A stretch of DNA of 64,000 bases from the human T2T-CHM13v2.0 reference genome, Homo sapiens. Location of the stretch: the NCBI RefSeq assembly GCF_009914755.1, contig NC_060935.1. The stretch is one strand, 5' to 3'. Both the position numbers and the translations under genes were made by a program. The notes below the pieces were generated by a model, which made no database searches, was not told where the DNA came from, and was given only the letters and a program-made list of their open reading frames with translations. Within the stretch, counting starts at the first letter, position 1, and each line of letters starts with the position of its first letter. This document shows positions 16,835 through 40,621 of this stretch, piece after piece.

Positions 16835-17265
16835 GATAGATTGTTATACTAATGAACCACCCTGCCCCCCATACATGCCCTTGTGGGATCCCCTCTGACA
16901 GTGATTCTGGGCTTAGCCATGTGACTGGCTGTGGGCAACAGGATATCAGCAAATGATGCAAGGAGAGGCTTGATAAGCACTTGTGCATTGGGAATTGCCC
17001 TCTTGGAACGCTGTCCTCAGATTCTGTGTGAAGTAGCTCAGTCTTGCCTCCTTCCAAATGAAAGACTTCACAGAACCAGAGGCCCAACAGGCCTGGGTTA
17101 GTCCAGCCCCCAGCTGACGTACCAGCTGAATGCAGCCACATGGGTGAGCCCAGGTAAGATCTGTAGAAAAATTACAAGCCAACACACGGAATCCTGAAAA
17201 AATGATTCTTGTTTGGGCCACTAAATTTTGGAGTAGTCTGTTACCCAGCATCAGATAACTGACAC
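16835..17265 (+). mobile_element. Old MaLR LTR (MLT1H/I/J-like)
   Basis: gggcttagccatgtgact...ccagctgaatgcagccacatgggtgagcccagg...gccactaaattttggagtagtctgttacccagcatcagataactgacaca terminus. Confidence 0.7.
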
Positions 17266-18620
17266 AAACTATCTGAATTAAATCCTGGGGTCCTTGACCC
17301 TGAAGGCACCAACCATAGGTCAACCCCGTGAACATCTCTTGCCAGTTCCCTTTCCTCACCAGGCTTCTTGTGAAGTTTCCCGAAAGCACGATGATCTCTC
17401 ACTTGTGCATCTTTGCATATATTTGTCTGCAGCATTCTTTCCCTGTTCTCATGTTCACATTACACTTTAAATATCCTTTCTTCAAAGGTCTTGTCCTGAC
17501 GCCCAGATAAGATTAGGTTCTTCCTCTTGCAAATCCTCAGTAGCACCTGTGCTTCTTTGTCTACCACTCACACTTTTAATCATGTATTTAATGTCTGCCT
17601 GTCCCACAGACTATGAGCTCCACCAAGGGTAGGGAGCATTTGTATTGCTTATTACCTAATTGTTACCTAGCCCTGAGTAGATGCTCCGTAATGATTTTTT
17701 TTTTAATTGACAGCAACTGCCTCATTCCCTGCAGTTAATTCCTATGACCCTATGGACTCTTCCTATTCTTTTTTTTTTTTTTTTGAGGTGGGTTCTCACT
17801 CTGTCACCCAGGCTGTAGTGCAGTGGTGCAATCTTGGCTCCTGCCTCAGCCTCCCGAGTAGCTGGGATTACAGGCACCCGCCACTACGCCCAGCTAATTT
17901 TTGCATTTTTAGTACAGACGGGGTTTCACCATGTTGGTGAATATCCACCCAGGGTCCTGTGGTTCTTAGAGCAGTTATAGTGACTCCAGGCCTCCTTAGT
18001 CCCAGAACCTTGTGAGTCAGCTTCATCTGCTTTTCCTAAGTGATTTCCAGACCTGAGCTTACCCAAGGCTGAGAAAAGGGGGCAAGGAAGGACAAGAGGA
18101 GCCTAAAGTCAGCAGCGGGGAGGGGCTTATGGCCAACAGAGCACACAGCTCCTGTCTCAGAGTCCAGCGACTGGGTCCTGTCCAGGTTCCTCCCACCTTG
18201 AACAAATCAGCCAGCCCTGTGCAAATGGACTCCTTTTCCCAGCTAGTTCCTCTGCCTTCCACTTGCCTCTCCTGGCTGTAGCTGGCCATTGGTACCTGGG
18301 AGCAAGCAGGCTCCCTGGCGCCACTTACCCCACCTCTGGCTGGTTTTTCAAGGAGTCCCAATGTGGCTGGGTCGCCCCAAACCTTATCTAGTATACCTTT
18401 CCCCCTTTGGATGGGATGCCCCATTTCTCCGCAGCCTGTAACCCGGCTCAACTAATATTTGCCAGTGCCTCCTACTCCAATAGAATGATGGATGTCGATG
18501 GTCCAAGAGTTTATGACAGTAATTTTCAAACTTTTTTTTTTCTAAAGCAGCAGAATCAGCCGCGCGCAGTGGCTCACGCCTGTAATCCCAGCACTTTGGG
18601 AGGCCGAGGCGGACGGATCA

Positions 18621-19130
<510 letters not shown>

Positions 19131-19286
19131 TTAACCTTGTCCCACCCACAGGTTACAGTGGCTTGAATCTTCTCTTGCTCTGTCCTCAGTTGAAAATGAA
19201 GCTGACCATGGCACCTGTGTCACGCTCAGCACATGGGCTTGTTTATTCAAGCCATTGGGAGATGCTAGAACTCACTCCTTGTCCTA

Positions 19287-19649
<363 letters not shown>

Positions 19650-20082
19650 TCACTGACCTTGAAAGACCAAGCAAGAGGACACCCAGCCTAAAGTGCGCAG
19701 CAGAGAGGGTGGCCCCAGAGTGACAGCAGCTCAGGAAATATGGTGACAGAGGATAAGTTGGCATGGGAGGAGGCAGAGCTTGGCCAGTTTGCTTTGAGGA
19801 AAAGGACCTAGGAGTCCCAGCTCCCCCATGTCAGAATCCCCCCAGTTCTGCTGATTTCCTCATTCTCCCCAGCACAGCCCAGCTCTCTTATTTTGGGAAA
19901 CACCTGGCTATAGTACCCAAGGCTGCGGTACTAAGGATGTACTCAGGTGCTGTCGCATCCTGCCAGGAGAATCTCAGGGCAGCTCCAGAACTCAGAAAAT
20001 GTTCTGGCTCCTTCCCAGAACTCTCCCCTGCCCAGGCACCTGAAAGAGAAGGCTCCCAGGAGAGACAGAAGTTAGTCATTAG

Positions 20083-20334
<252 letters not shown>

Positions 20335-22685
20335 TGAACTCCTGACCTCAGGTGATCTGCCTGCCTCGGCCTCCCAAAGTGCTGGGATTACAGGTGTGAG
20401 CCACTGTGCCTGGCCTCTTTCTGGATTTTCAACTGGAATTTTCTGCCCAGCCCTTTATTGGAGAGGCCCAAGAAGGGTTCCTGACCTTCCACCTTAGTGC
20501 TTTTAGAGAGAGCACAGTCTTTCTCAATGCCCCCTCACTCCCAGCTAAACTCTTCTTTACTGGTCTGGGGAGTAGAGGAGAGGTTTGGAATGACAGGATG
20601 AGTGCTCCAGCAAGGGCTTGTGTGCAACCCGAGGCCCAATCCAGGAAAGCCAGTTGTGGTGGCAGGGACTGGGTAGGCAACTTATGGAGCCGGGGTCTTG
20701 CTGGCTTTGTCTAATTTGGAGGGTGGTTCTTTGAGCTCGATGGTTTTCAACCTTTTTATTGCAAAAACTCTTTTTTAAAAAAATATAACCCAGAAGTCCA
20801 CTGTATAAAAACAATAAAAGCAAAGTTATCCTGGGATGCTCAGGAGATTTGGGGCGGGGGGATGGGGATGGCTTGGTGACAGGAAGGGCGGGGATCTAGA
20901 GTGTTGACTGCTCCCAGCCTTCTCCCTCACCGCTGAGGTCCCTTTACAGAACCCTGCCAAGCAGGGAAGGAGAGGAAAAAAAGAAAAACCACCTGGTCCT
21001 TCTTGGTTTCTGAGACTCTGAGCCCTCATAGTTTTCTACTGCTCTGATCATTTTCTCTTGCTCCCTTGTCTATACCTAATATTCTTTTCCTAATCATTTT
21101 TCTCCTTTCCCTCTCTGTTCCCTCAAAGAACAAGTCTATTTTTTAACTTGGCCTCTCTGTGGATGAGTCCTGTCTGCCTGTCCAGTTCTAACTTCTCTCC
21201 AGATTCCCACTGTCAGCTGGTGGCTGAATACTTCCACGAGGATGACCCACTAGCATCTCAAAGACATGTCCCAGATCGTAGAACACAGGAAGGAAAGGCC
21301 CCGGTATTTGAACCCCTACTCTGTTCTTCTTAACAGAATCACTTTGGACAAGACACTTAGTCTCTCTGGGTCTCAGTTTCCTTATCCCTGAAATAGATAT
21401 GCTAATACCTATCCCTTATAATTAAAGCAGAATAATAAACATAAACTTTGGTAAACTATATTGTACTTCCTGGCTGGGTGCGGTGGCTCATACCTGTAAT
21501 CCTAAGACTTTGGGAGGCTGAGGCGGGCGGTCACTTGAGGTCAGGAGTTTGAAACCAGCCTGGCCAACATGGTGAAACCCCCATCTCTACTAAAAATACC
21601 AAAAAAAATAGCTGGGGGTGGTGGCGGGCACCTGTAATCCCAGCTACTTGAGAAGCTGAGGCAGGAGAATCACTTGAACCAGGAGGTGGAGGTTGCAGTG
21701 AGCTGAGATCGCGCCACTGCACTCCAGCCTGGGTGACACAGCGAAACTCCATCTCAAAACAAACAAACAAACAAAAAAACTATATTGTGCTTCAAAAGCT
21801 TTCCCCTGTTGCTTTGTTCCCTGACAAAAAGTCAGAGAGGTTAAATAAAGCCATCATCTCCTCTTCCCTCTCTCTCACCCCATACATCTCATCAAGCGCA
21901 GAGAATAACTGGTTAAACGATGGATGAATGCTGATTCCTCCTTTCTACCCTCACTGCCACCATCCTCTTTCAGGCCCCTGTATCCTGAGATCCTTGTTTG
22001 CATGTCTAGAGTCATGATGCTAGACTCTCCAAGTTATTCTGCACACTGAAGCTGTTTTCCTGGAACTAAAATTAGACGATATCATCCCTCTTCTCGTATA
22101 CCTACAAGGATTCCTTACTGTTTGCAGAATAAAACCCAAAGTCCTGTCAGCCCCATGGCATCCCCACCATGCCTTCTGGCTTCTCACCACAGTTCACGCT
22201 TTTCTTCATGAAGTGCTCCTCCTCACCACTCTCCATATTGCAAAGCTTTCTCCTCTTTCAAATACCTCCGTTTTGGCTGGGCGCGGTGGCTCACGCCTAT
22301 AATCCCAGCACTTTGGGAGGCTGAGGCGGGTGGATCCCTGGGCGAGACTCCCTCTCAAAAACAAAAACAAAACAAAACCCTCCTTTTCCAGCAAGCTGTG
22401 CCTAATACCATGTCAGAAGTAGCTGCTTCTCTCTGTGCACTTCCAAGATCCACTGTTTCACTATTTGTACCAAATGCATTTGGTTTTGTGTAATATTTAG
22501 GTATTATGTCTATGTCTCACATCAGATTGTGAGCTGTCCAAGGGCTAAGACTATGGCATTATTTTTCTCTTCTACACACAGTAGGCAAGTACTCAACAAA
22601 TATCTGTTAAACTGAATTGACTATCACCAAATTTCACTCCTAACAGTTACCTTATTATCCTATGTTTGGTCAGTGATGCTCATAA

Positions 22686-22883
<198 letters not shown>

Positions 22884-23215
22884 TGAATTTTTAGTAGAGA
22901 TGGGGTTTCACCATGTTGGGCAGGCTGGTCTCCAATTCCCAGCCTCAGGTGATCCACCCGCCTCGGCCTCACCTGAGTGCTGGGATTACAGGCGTGAGCT
23001 GCTGAACCCGGCCCTTTCGTTTAAAAGAATAAAAATACTTTCTCTAAGAGCTACAGTTCTGCATTTACAACTGCCTGTCAACAGTTCTGTTTAGAGGCTT
23101 GCAGCTTATGTATTCATTCACTCAATGTTTTTTAGGTGTATGTTCTGAGCTTGGTATTGTTATAGATTATTATAACACAAAGAGAGGATACTGCAAAATA
23201 AATAAATAAAATTAA

Positions 23216-23540
<325 letters not shown>

Positions 23541-24168
23541 TGAGAGAAACAAACACAAAAACAGTTGTAATACATTACAAGTGTAGTAATGGAGATATAA
23601 GCAGGTGTAATGGGAGAATGGAAGAGGGATGCTTGTGATAACTTCTTCTTCCCCAAGACAAATGGCACAGTAGGAAGAACAAGGATGAAACAGGTCTTAA
23701 CTTACTGGCCTTCTACCTGGCCAGTGGTTTAACCTTTCAACCCCATTTCTTCTGCTAGACACTGTGAGTGATAAAGACCTTTTTTTTTTTTTTTCTTTTT
23801 TGGAGACAGGGTCTCTGTCATCCTCTGACAAGCTGGAGATTGCAGTGGTGCAATCACAGCTCACTGAAGTAAAGACCTTTTATATATTGCAGGAATTGCT
23901 GTAAGGGAAAAACTAATAGGAGGCTAAGGTGGAAGTATCACTTGAGCCCAGAAGTTGGAGACCAGCCTGGGCAACATAGTGAGACAATTTGAAAAAATCA
24001 GCTGGGCCTGGTGGCATGTGCCTGTAATCCAAGTTACTCAGGAGCCTGAGGCAGGAGGATCACTTGAGCCCAGGAGTTATGATTGTGCCCCTGTACTCCA
24101 GCCTGGGCAACAGAGAGAGACCCTGTAATTAATAAACAAGCAAATAAATTTGTATACAAGTACTATAA

Positions 24169-24723
<555 letters not shown>

Positions 24724-25221
24724 TGAGCCACCACACACAGCCCCCACTCTTTTTAAAATTCAGATGTCTCTTCCTGAAAGATTGCTTTCTTCATGTCATT
24801 CCCCTGCCCCAATAAATTCAGATTTTCCCTTATATCTGAAGGCCAAAGTCCAAACCTTATAGTCTCACATTTAAGCTTTATGGCTATTTGGCTCTATTTT
24901 ATTTACCCAAACTTATCTGGTCTTAGCCTAAACCTGTAATATTAACAGGACTGGCTCTCTATTGTCTCCTAAACAACCATGCTTAAGCCCTAACATCCAT
25001 AACTCATCCTCTCATTCACTGTGGACTCTCCCAATTTTAAGGGGGTAGGGTGGGAAGGAGCAGACATGGACATACGTGTAACGTGCAATTACAGTACAGT
25101 GGGATAGTATGGTGCCATCTGCCCCCTGGGAATAGCCTGCCACTCCTGTCCATCCTTCAAGACCATGCTCAGAGCACATGTCCCTGGTGCGGCTTTCCTG
25201 GATGAGTTTATCACTTTCTGA

Positions 25222-25567
<346 letters not shown>

Positions 25568-25569
25568 TA

Positions 25570-25710
25570 AATGGTTCTCAAATTTGAGGCACAAACTACG
25601 GGGCCCCACTGTCAGAGATCCTGTCTCTAGAGGTCAGGGATGGGGCCAGGGAATTTACATTTTTAGCTGACTCCAATGAGGGTTTGCCGACCTCGCTTTG
25701 AGTATATCTG
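25570..25710. mobile_element. MER5A-like hAT DNA transposon relic
   Basis: tggttctcaaattt...ggggccagggaatttacattttta...ctttgagta termini. Confidence 0.55.
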
Positions 25711-26257
25711 CATGGATGACCTTGTACTCGTCACTTCTGCCCTTTCACTTCCACTGTAACTCTATGTGGGCAGAAAACATGTCTTCTTGTCTCTTTGTGG
25801 ATCAGCCCCCAGGCACCACCAATTAATTGCCTAGCACAGAGAAAGTGCTCCCCAAATTTTACTTTTTCTTGTTCAGAATACAATGCCATCCAAGTTCTCA
25901 TTTGGCACTTACAACAGCCGCGCCAGGTAGGAAGAAAGGGCGTCCTTCTTACAGACAGATGGGGAGAGAGTCCAAGCCACCAGAGAGCAGAGACTGGCTG
26001 ACGCAGGCTTAGTTAGAAATCATAGTGCAAGCCACACAGTTGCTTTAGTTGTGGGCTCCCTGGCACTAGCTTCCTGGACTGGTGTTGAACTTTAAGCCCA
26101 CTTTCCTCTTCTAGAAAGGAACGAGGAAGGAACTGACATTTATTGAGCAATTACTCTCTGCTAAGTACTGGGCTGCAGGATGTATGCATTATTTCAGGGG
26201 ATCAGGGAAGTACAGCAATGGATACCCCGTTTTTGTTTTTGTTTTTATTTTTTCTGA

Positions 26258-26362
<105 letters not shown>

Positions 26363-28134
26363 TGAGTAGCTGGGATTACAGGTGCATGCCACCAGGCCCG
26401 GCGAATTATTTTTGTATTTTTAGTAGAAACAGGGTTTTGCTATGTTAGCCAAGCTGGTCTCGAACTCCTGACCTCAGGTGATCTGCCCACCTTGGCCCCC
26501 CAAAGTGCTGGGATTACAGGATACCCCAGTTTTATACATGTAAAACGTGGAGGCCCAGGACATCCGAGTTTTTATGCCTCATTGCATAGAATTGAAGAGG
26601 CAGAACAGGCCAGACAAGGATAAAGTGACTTCATATTTGTTGGAGGTCAGTTTTATATGCTGGTGTATTGTTCTGGGTGAAAGCACCTAGAACAATTAAC
26701 CCTCACAACTTAATCCTCACAATTACCTTGCAAAGGAGGTCTCATTTCCTACTCATTTTAAAGATATGACAGTAGTTTCAGAGAGGTTATGCAATTTGCC
26801 CAAGGCCACACAGCTGAGAAGAGGAAAAGCTGTGGGTGGTAGAGCTGGGATTCGTGGACTGTCTGACCTCAAAGCTTGTGTGGGTTCTGCAGCCCCGTCC
26901 TGCATCGTGCCATGGGGTCCATGCACAGTGTGCACAGCATGTCAGTCGCAGAAACAGGAGTAGGTCCCAGGTCTCTGCATACCTGCTGCTCCCTGACGAT
27001 ATCATCTAGCGTTCTGTTTGCTCAGGGCCTGGATTTGGCTTCTGTCCTGCCCTCCCAAATTCCCACTGGAGACTACTGCTGGGGAAGTTATGGTGCACAG
27101 GAAAGAGGATGAGAAAGTGGGGAAGACCAGGCTTTCGACTAGCTGAGAGGTAGGGCTGGGGAGCACGCACCTAGGAAGGCTGGCTTCTGTAAAGTAATTG
27201 GGAGGTGGGGGTTTGTGTTTCTCCCAGATCCAGCTGTCTGAGAAGTTCAGGAAAGTGTGGCTGTCCCCTCCGCCCACCCCAAACACACTCCCACCTTCAC
27301 AGACCCTCCCAAGGACAGACTTCCCAGACACAGATCCGGAGGTGGCTCACAGATGTGCAGGATCAGATTCAAGGTGACACGCACCAGCATACACAGAACC
27401 ACAGGGCTGCCCGGGCCCGGACTGCCCCACAGAGGCGGCAGATGCACACAGAGGTCAGCCACAGCACCCCACATGGAGGGCTGCTCACCCACAGAGGTGC
27501 AGAGGGTGCCACCTCCACCAGCCACCTTGAAGGTACCTTGGAGATTGTCAGGAAGGATGGGGAGGGCATAACAGTGTTTTCTCTGTAACTCCCCTCTCCC
27601 CCGCCATGGAAGGAGTCCCACTCTTAAAAGGGAGCTCTGGCTCCTTTCCTACCATTTGTTCTTTCACCAGGCTCAGTTCAGTTCCCCTCTGGCCTGGGGA
27701 GGTGTGGGGTGGGGGAGGGGCTGGAGTGTAGACCGCGAGAGGGAGAAGGGGAGGAGGAGGGGACGGCAGGAGCCTGTCCAGGGCTTCCGGGCGGAGTGCA
27801 GTCAGGGGGGCCTCGACAACCTCACTTTGCCGTACCAGTGGCAGCCCAGATGGTGGGAGCAAGGTGCTTATTCAACTGCTGCCAGGATTCCTTGGTCCTG
27901 GAGGTACTGGGAACAATGGTGGGAATCAGAGGAGGGGACAAGGTTGGGTGGCCAACCTCTAGAGTGGTGGGATTTGGGATACTCGGACTGGGCCACTGTC
28001 AGAGGGGGCTGACACCTGTTATAGTGCCCCTGTGGCGGACCCTTCCTCCAGGTCAGGGTCCCCAGCTGATGTGTCTGTCTTGCCTCAAATCCTTCCAGAC
28101 GGCGTATGTGTCAGATGAGGAGCAAGGGGAACTA

Positions 28135-29060
<926 letters not shown>

Positions 29061-30083
29061 GGCGGCGGCTGTCAAAGCCAAAAGGTTTTCGCTTTTCCCT
29101 GGGATCGCTGGGAAGTGTAGTCTTCCCATGGCAGGCAATCCGGCTTCCGGGGCTGGAGAGGGGTCTGGGATGCCCTCTGCCGAGGTGGAGTCCGCCCTGC
29201 AAGGCCCTGGCGGGAAGGGCCAGACGGATGGAGAGGGGCACACCTCCCGTCTGTCAGTCTTTCTTTCAGCATGGAAGGAGCACCCACTGTATGCCAGGCA
29301 CACTGCCAGGCGCTGGAGATACAGAGAGAAATAAACGGTGATTCTACACGGGACAGTTAAGTGATTCCTGCCGCGGTGGGGTTTCACACTATACGATGTG
29401 GCATTAAGGAGTAGGGATTTGGAGGGACATCTAGGGGATCTGGGAAGACTCAGTGGGAGAAGGTGGTATTTAATCTGAGCGTTTAAAAATGGGTAGGATT
29501 TTCACGAGCAGAGATTGAGGGAGCAGGATGAAAGGGGAGGAAGAGTTTTTCCAGGCTGCAAACCAGCGGAGCAGGGTCCAAAAGGGGAAAGTGCAGTTGT
29601 CTTATTTTCTCCTGCGCCTGCGATCTGCGGGCAGGTAAGAGCCAGTGGGTCTTCTCCCATCTGAACCTGTTTGTGCCCTTGAGGCTCTACTTGAATCCTT
29701 ATGGCTCCTCTGATTTTCTGCACCATCAGCCAGACTGAGGAGAAATGGCTGTTGATAGCTTTAAAGTGTTAACACTCCGAAAAGTATCTCTATATTAACT
29801 GGTAAGAGCTTAAAGCCTTGAACCAAAAGCGTTAGAGTTCTAATAGCTTAAAGGAGAAAAGCCGGTATGGTTTTAACAATATATTGTTTATCAAATGTGG
29901 AAAGCCATTGATAAAATTCAGCAGTTACTCTGATTTAATTTTTTTAAAAAATGAAAGGGAATCTTCATTTTTCTTTTGAAAAGGAGACTTGCTCTGTCAC
30001 CCAGGCTGGAGTGCAGTGGCATGGTCTCAAGTCTGCAACCTCCGCCTCCCGGGTTCAAGCAGTTCTCATGCCTCAGCCTCTGA

Positions 30084-30569
<486 letters not shown>

Positions 30570-30571
30570 TA

Positions 30572-30685
<114 letters not shown>

Positions 30686-30719
30686 CTACACGGTTCAGAC
30701 CGGTCTGATTGACTCAAAA

Positions 30720-33900
<3,181 letters not shown>

Positions 33901-34649
33901 GTTTCCTTTGAAGTGTAGGGTTTAATTTCTTCCTTAGTTTGCTCATTCATTCATTCAGTAAATGTACACTGAGTGCCTACTACACGCTAAGCACTATTTT
34001 AGGCACTGAGGATACAATGATATGTAAAATCCCTGTCCTCATGGAGCTTACACTCTAATGCAGGAAGACAGACAGTAAAGAAATAAAATTATAGTATCTT
34101 GGATGGTGATATGTGCTATAGAGAAAAATAAAATAGAGAAAGGAGATGGGAGGGCGGTTTGCAGTTTCAAATAAAGTGGATTGAAAGTGTAGAGGGAACA
34201 TTTTATATCTTTGTATCCTTAAATAATTGGTAGGATTATCAAGTGTTTTCCTTTCTTATCATGTGAGTAGTTTTCTGTATAGCCCAAATAAACAGTATAA
34301 AAAAGAGAATAAAAAGTTATTTTTTTCCCAGAATTAAAATGCTTGTTTATTTATTTGTATTTAGAGATGGGGTCTTGCTCTGTCACTCAGGCTGCAGTGC
34401 AGTGGCATGATCATGGCTCACTACAGCCTTGACCTCCTGTGCTCAAGTGACCCTTCCACATCAGCCTCTGTAGATGAGACTACAGGTACACACCATCAAG
34501 CCTGGTTAAATTTTTGGGTTTTTTTTTTAAGAGATTGGGTCTCACTATATTGCCCAGGCTGGTCTTGAACTCCAGGCCTCAAAGGATCTTCCTGCCCCGG
34601 CCTCTCAAAGTGTTGGGATTACAGATGTGAGCCATTGCTCTCGGCTGTT

Positions 34650-36625
<1,976 letters not shown>

Positions 36626-36713
36626 AAGAAAAAGTTCTAATAGTGGTTTCTGACCTAGGAGTAGGGAAAAAATTTGTCATCAATTCTTTCCCATCTTTGA
36701 AATATGACCCCTA

Positions 36714-37146
<433 letters not shown>

Positions 37147-37361
37147 TTAAATTATGTTTGCCTTGGGGGCATTTTATAAATTGGCTTGCATTTCTGAGTA
37201 CAAACCTATGGGGAAACCTGATAAAATGCAAATTGTTGATTTGTGTGAAGGTAATCCTGTTAATCCCACAGTATCTCTTATTTTATTAGCTCTTCCCATG
37301 AGAGAGCAAGGAACCCATGCTAAGGCACAAGAGTTAAGCATTTGGATGGCAATTAAAATCA

Positions 37362-37535
<174 letters not shown>

Positions 37536-37671
37536 TCAAAAAGCAAACAAACAAACAAACAAAAAACCAGATTGATTGCAAAGATTGCAAATTCTTAGAT
37601 ATAGGGACCAAGTCTACAAATGGTTTTTTGAATCCCTGTTTTGTGCAGGTTTGTGGTAGATGAGCTGGTGA

Positions 37672-38401
<730 letters not shown>

Positions 38402-38444
38402 TAGGCATAACTGCTGCAGAAGGATTTAAATTTAAACATGATGA

Positions 38445-39334
<890 letters not shown>

Positions 39335-40257
39335 AGGAATATGCTCTGTATATTCCAACAATCTGAGTTTCTCATCCTGGAATCAGCCTCTGAGTGGCAC
39401 TGGGACTATCCTGAGTCAGCTACATCTCTAGAACCTATCAGGAGCGGCTCTATGAGCTTGGCCTCATCATTTTCCTCCTCAACTAGCAGCATCTGTATTT
39501 GTCTGTTTCTCAGTTTTCCTATTGATGTAATGGCCAGAACTTTCTTTGCCCCTCTTAACTTCTCTAGGAGGTTGGAGACATATGAGAGAAAGGAAGATTT
39601 GCCCTCCGTGCAAGCAAAACTAAAACTCTTCGGAATTATATTAGTAGCAACCTTTCTGCCCGACAGGGTGTGTGGAGGAGCTACACATTGTGTCACTTTT
39701 TTTCTTCTTCAATAGACTCTTTGAAATAGTTATGACAGACATTACTATCCCCATCTTGCAGACATACAAACTGAACCCTGGGCTTTGGTGAAAAGATGGA
39801 TAGTAGAAAATAGGTTTAACTCCTGGTCAGGTGCTCACTGGTTTAATAGGAGCACAGGAGAGCCAGTTTTTTTGCGGGGAGAGATGGGGAGTGGACGCGT
39901 CTCCATTACCTTACATTCACATTTGTTTTGTTGATTAAAGTAACAATGGGTTGATTATTGATGACCACTGTATTATTCACCTGATGTTAATCATACTCCT
40001 AACAAATGATCAATTAGATAATTAGATAATTCACATTAGTATAAATACTCTAAATAGTCCTTCTCTGTCCTGGCAGAAATCCTCACGTCTAAACTCGGGG
40101 TCCTCTTTTTTTTTTTTTTTTTTTTTTTAGTAGAGAAGAGGTTTCACCATGTTGGTCAGGCTGGTCTCGAACTCCTGACCTCAGGTGACCCACCCGCCTC
40201 GGCCTCCCAAATTGCTGGAATTACAGGCGTGAGCCACCGCGCCCAGCCGATGAGGTT

Positions 40258-40350
40258 CTCTTTCAACCTCTTGCGGATTCCCATTATCTATCTTAAACTA
40301 CACTCTTTCAACCTCTTGCGGATTCCCATTATCTATCTTAAACTACACTC
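40258..40350. repeat. Perfect 45-bp tandem duplication
   Basis: ctctttcaacctcttgcggattcccattatctatcttaaactaca x2 + ctc. Confidence 0.98.
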
Positions 40351-40497
40351 CCATCGTGCAACGGAAAACGGACAGAGCTCCTGCGTGCACCGAAGGGACT
40401 TCGAGCCAATCCATTGTCACAGCTCTCAGCCGGCGACCTATTGGCTCCTGCTGGAGGCGGGACTCCCGGTTGCTAGGCGGTACCTTTTCCGGAAGTG

Positions 40498-40551
40498 TTT
40501 GTTGCGCGCTGCAGGGCAACACCCCGGCGTCCCTGGAAGCTGGGGGAGCGG
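40498..40551 (+). other. CEP164: CEP164 non-coding first exon candidate (donor CGG|GTGGGT); a second donor CGG|GTGAGT lies after 40855
   Basis: First donor-like site downstream of the promoter motifs; start approximate; which donor dominates cannot be told from sequence. Confidence 0.5.
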
Positions 40552-40581
40552 GTGGGTGTTGGGTGGCGTTGGGGGAGCTGC

Positions 40582-40621
40582 GCCTCGCCCAGAGCCTCGC
40601 CCGGAGCCTCGCCCGGAGCCT
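40582..40621. repeat. 12-bp GC-rich tandem repeat, about 3.3 copies
   Basis: gcctcgcccaga gcctcgcccgga gcctcgcccgga gcct. Confidence 0.95.

Noticed and set aside
39406-39696. 96-aa ORF beside an LTR, considered as an env remnant
   Set aside because: No polypurine tract next to the LTR, it contains MIR-like sequence (GGAAAACTGAGAAACAGA), and has no env motifs
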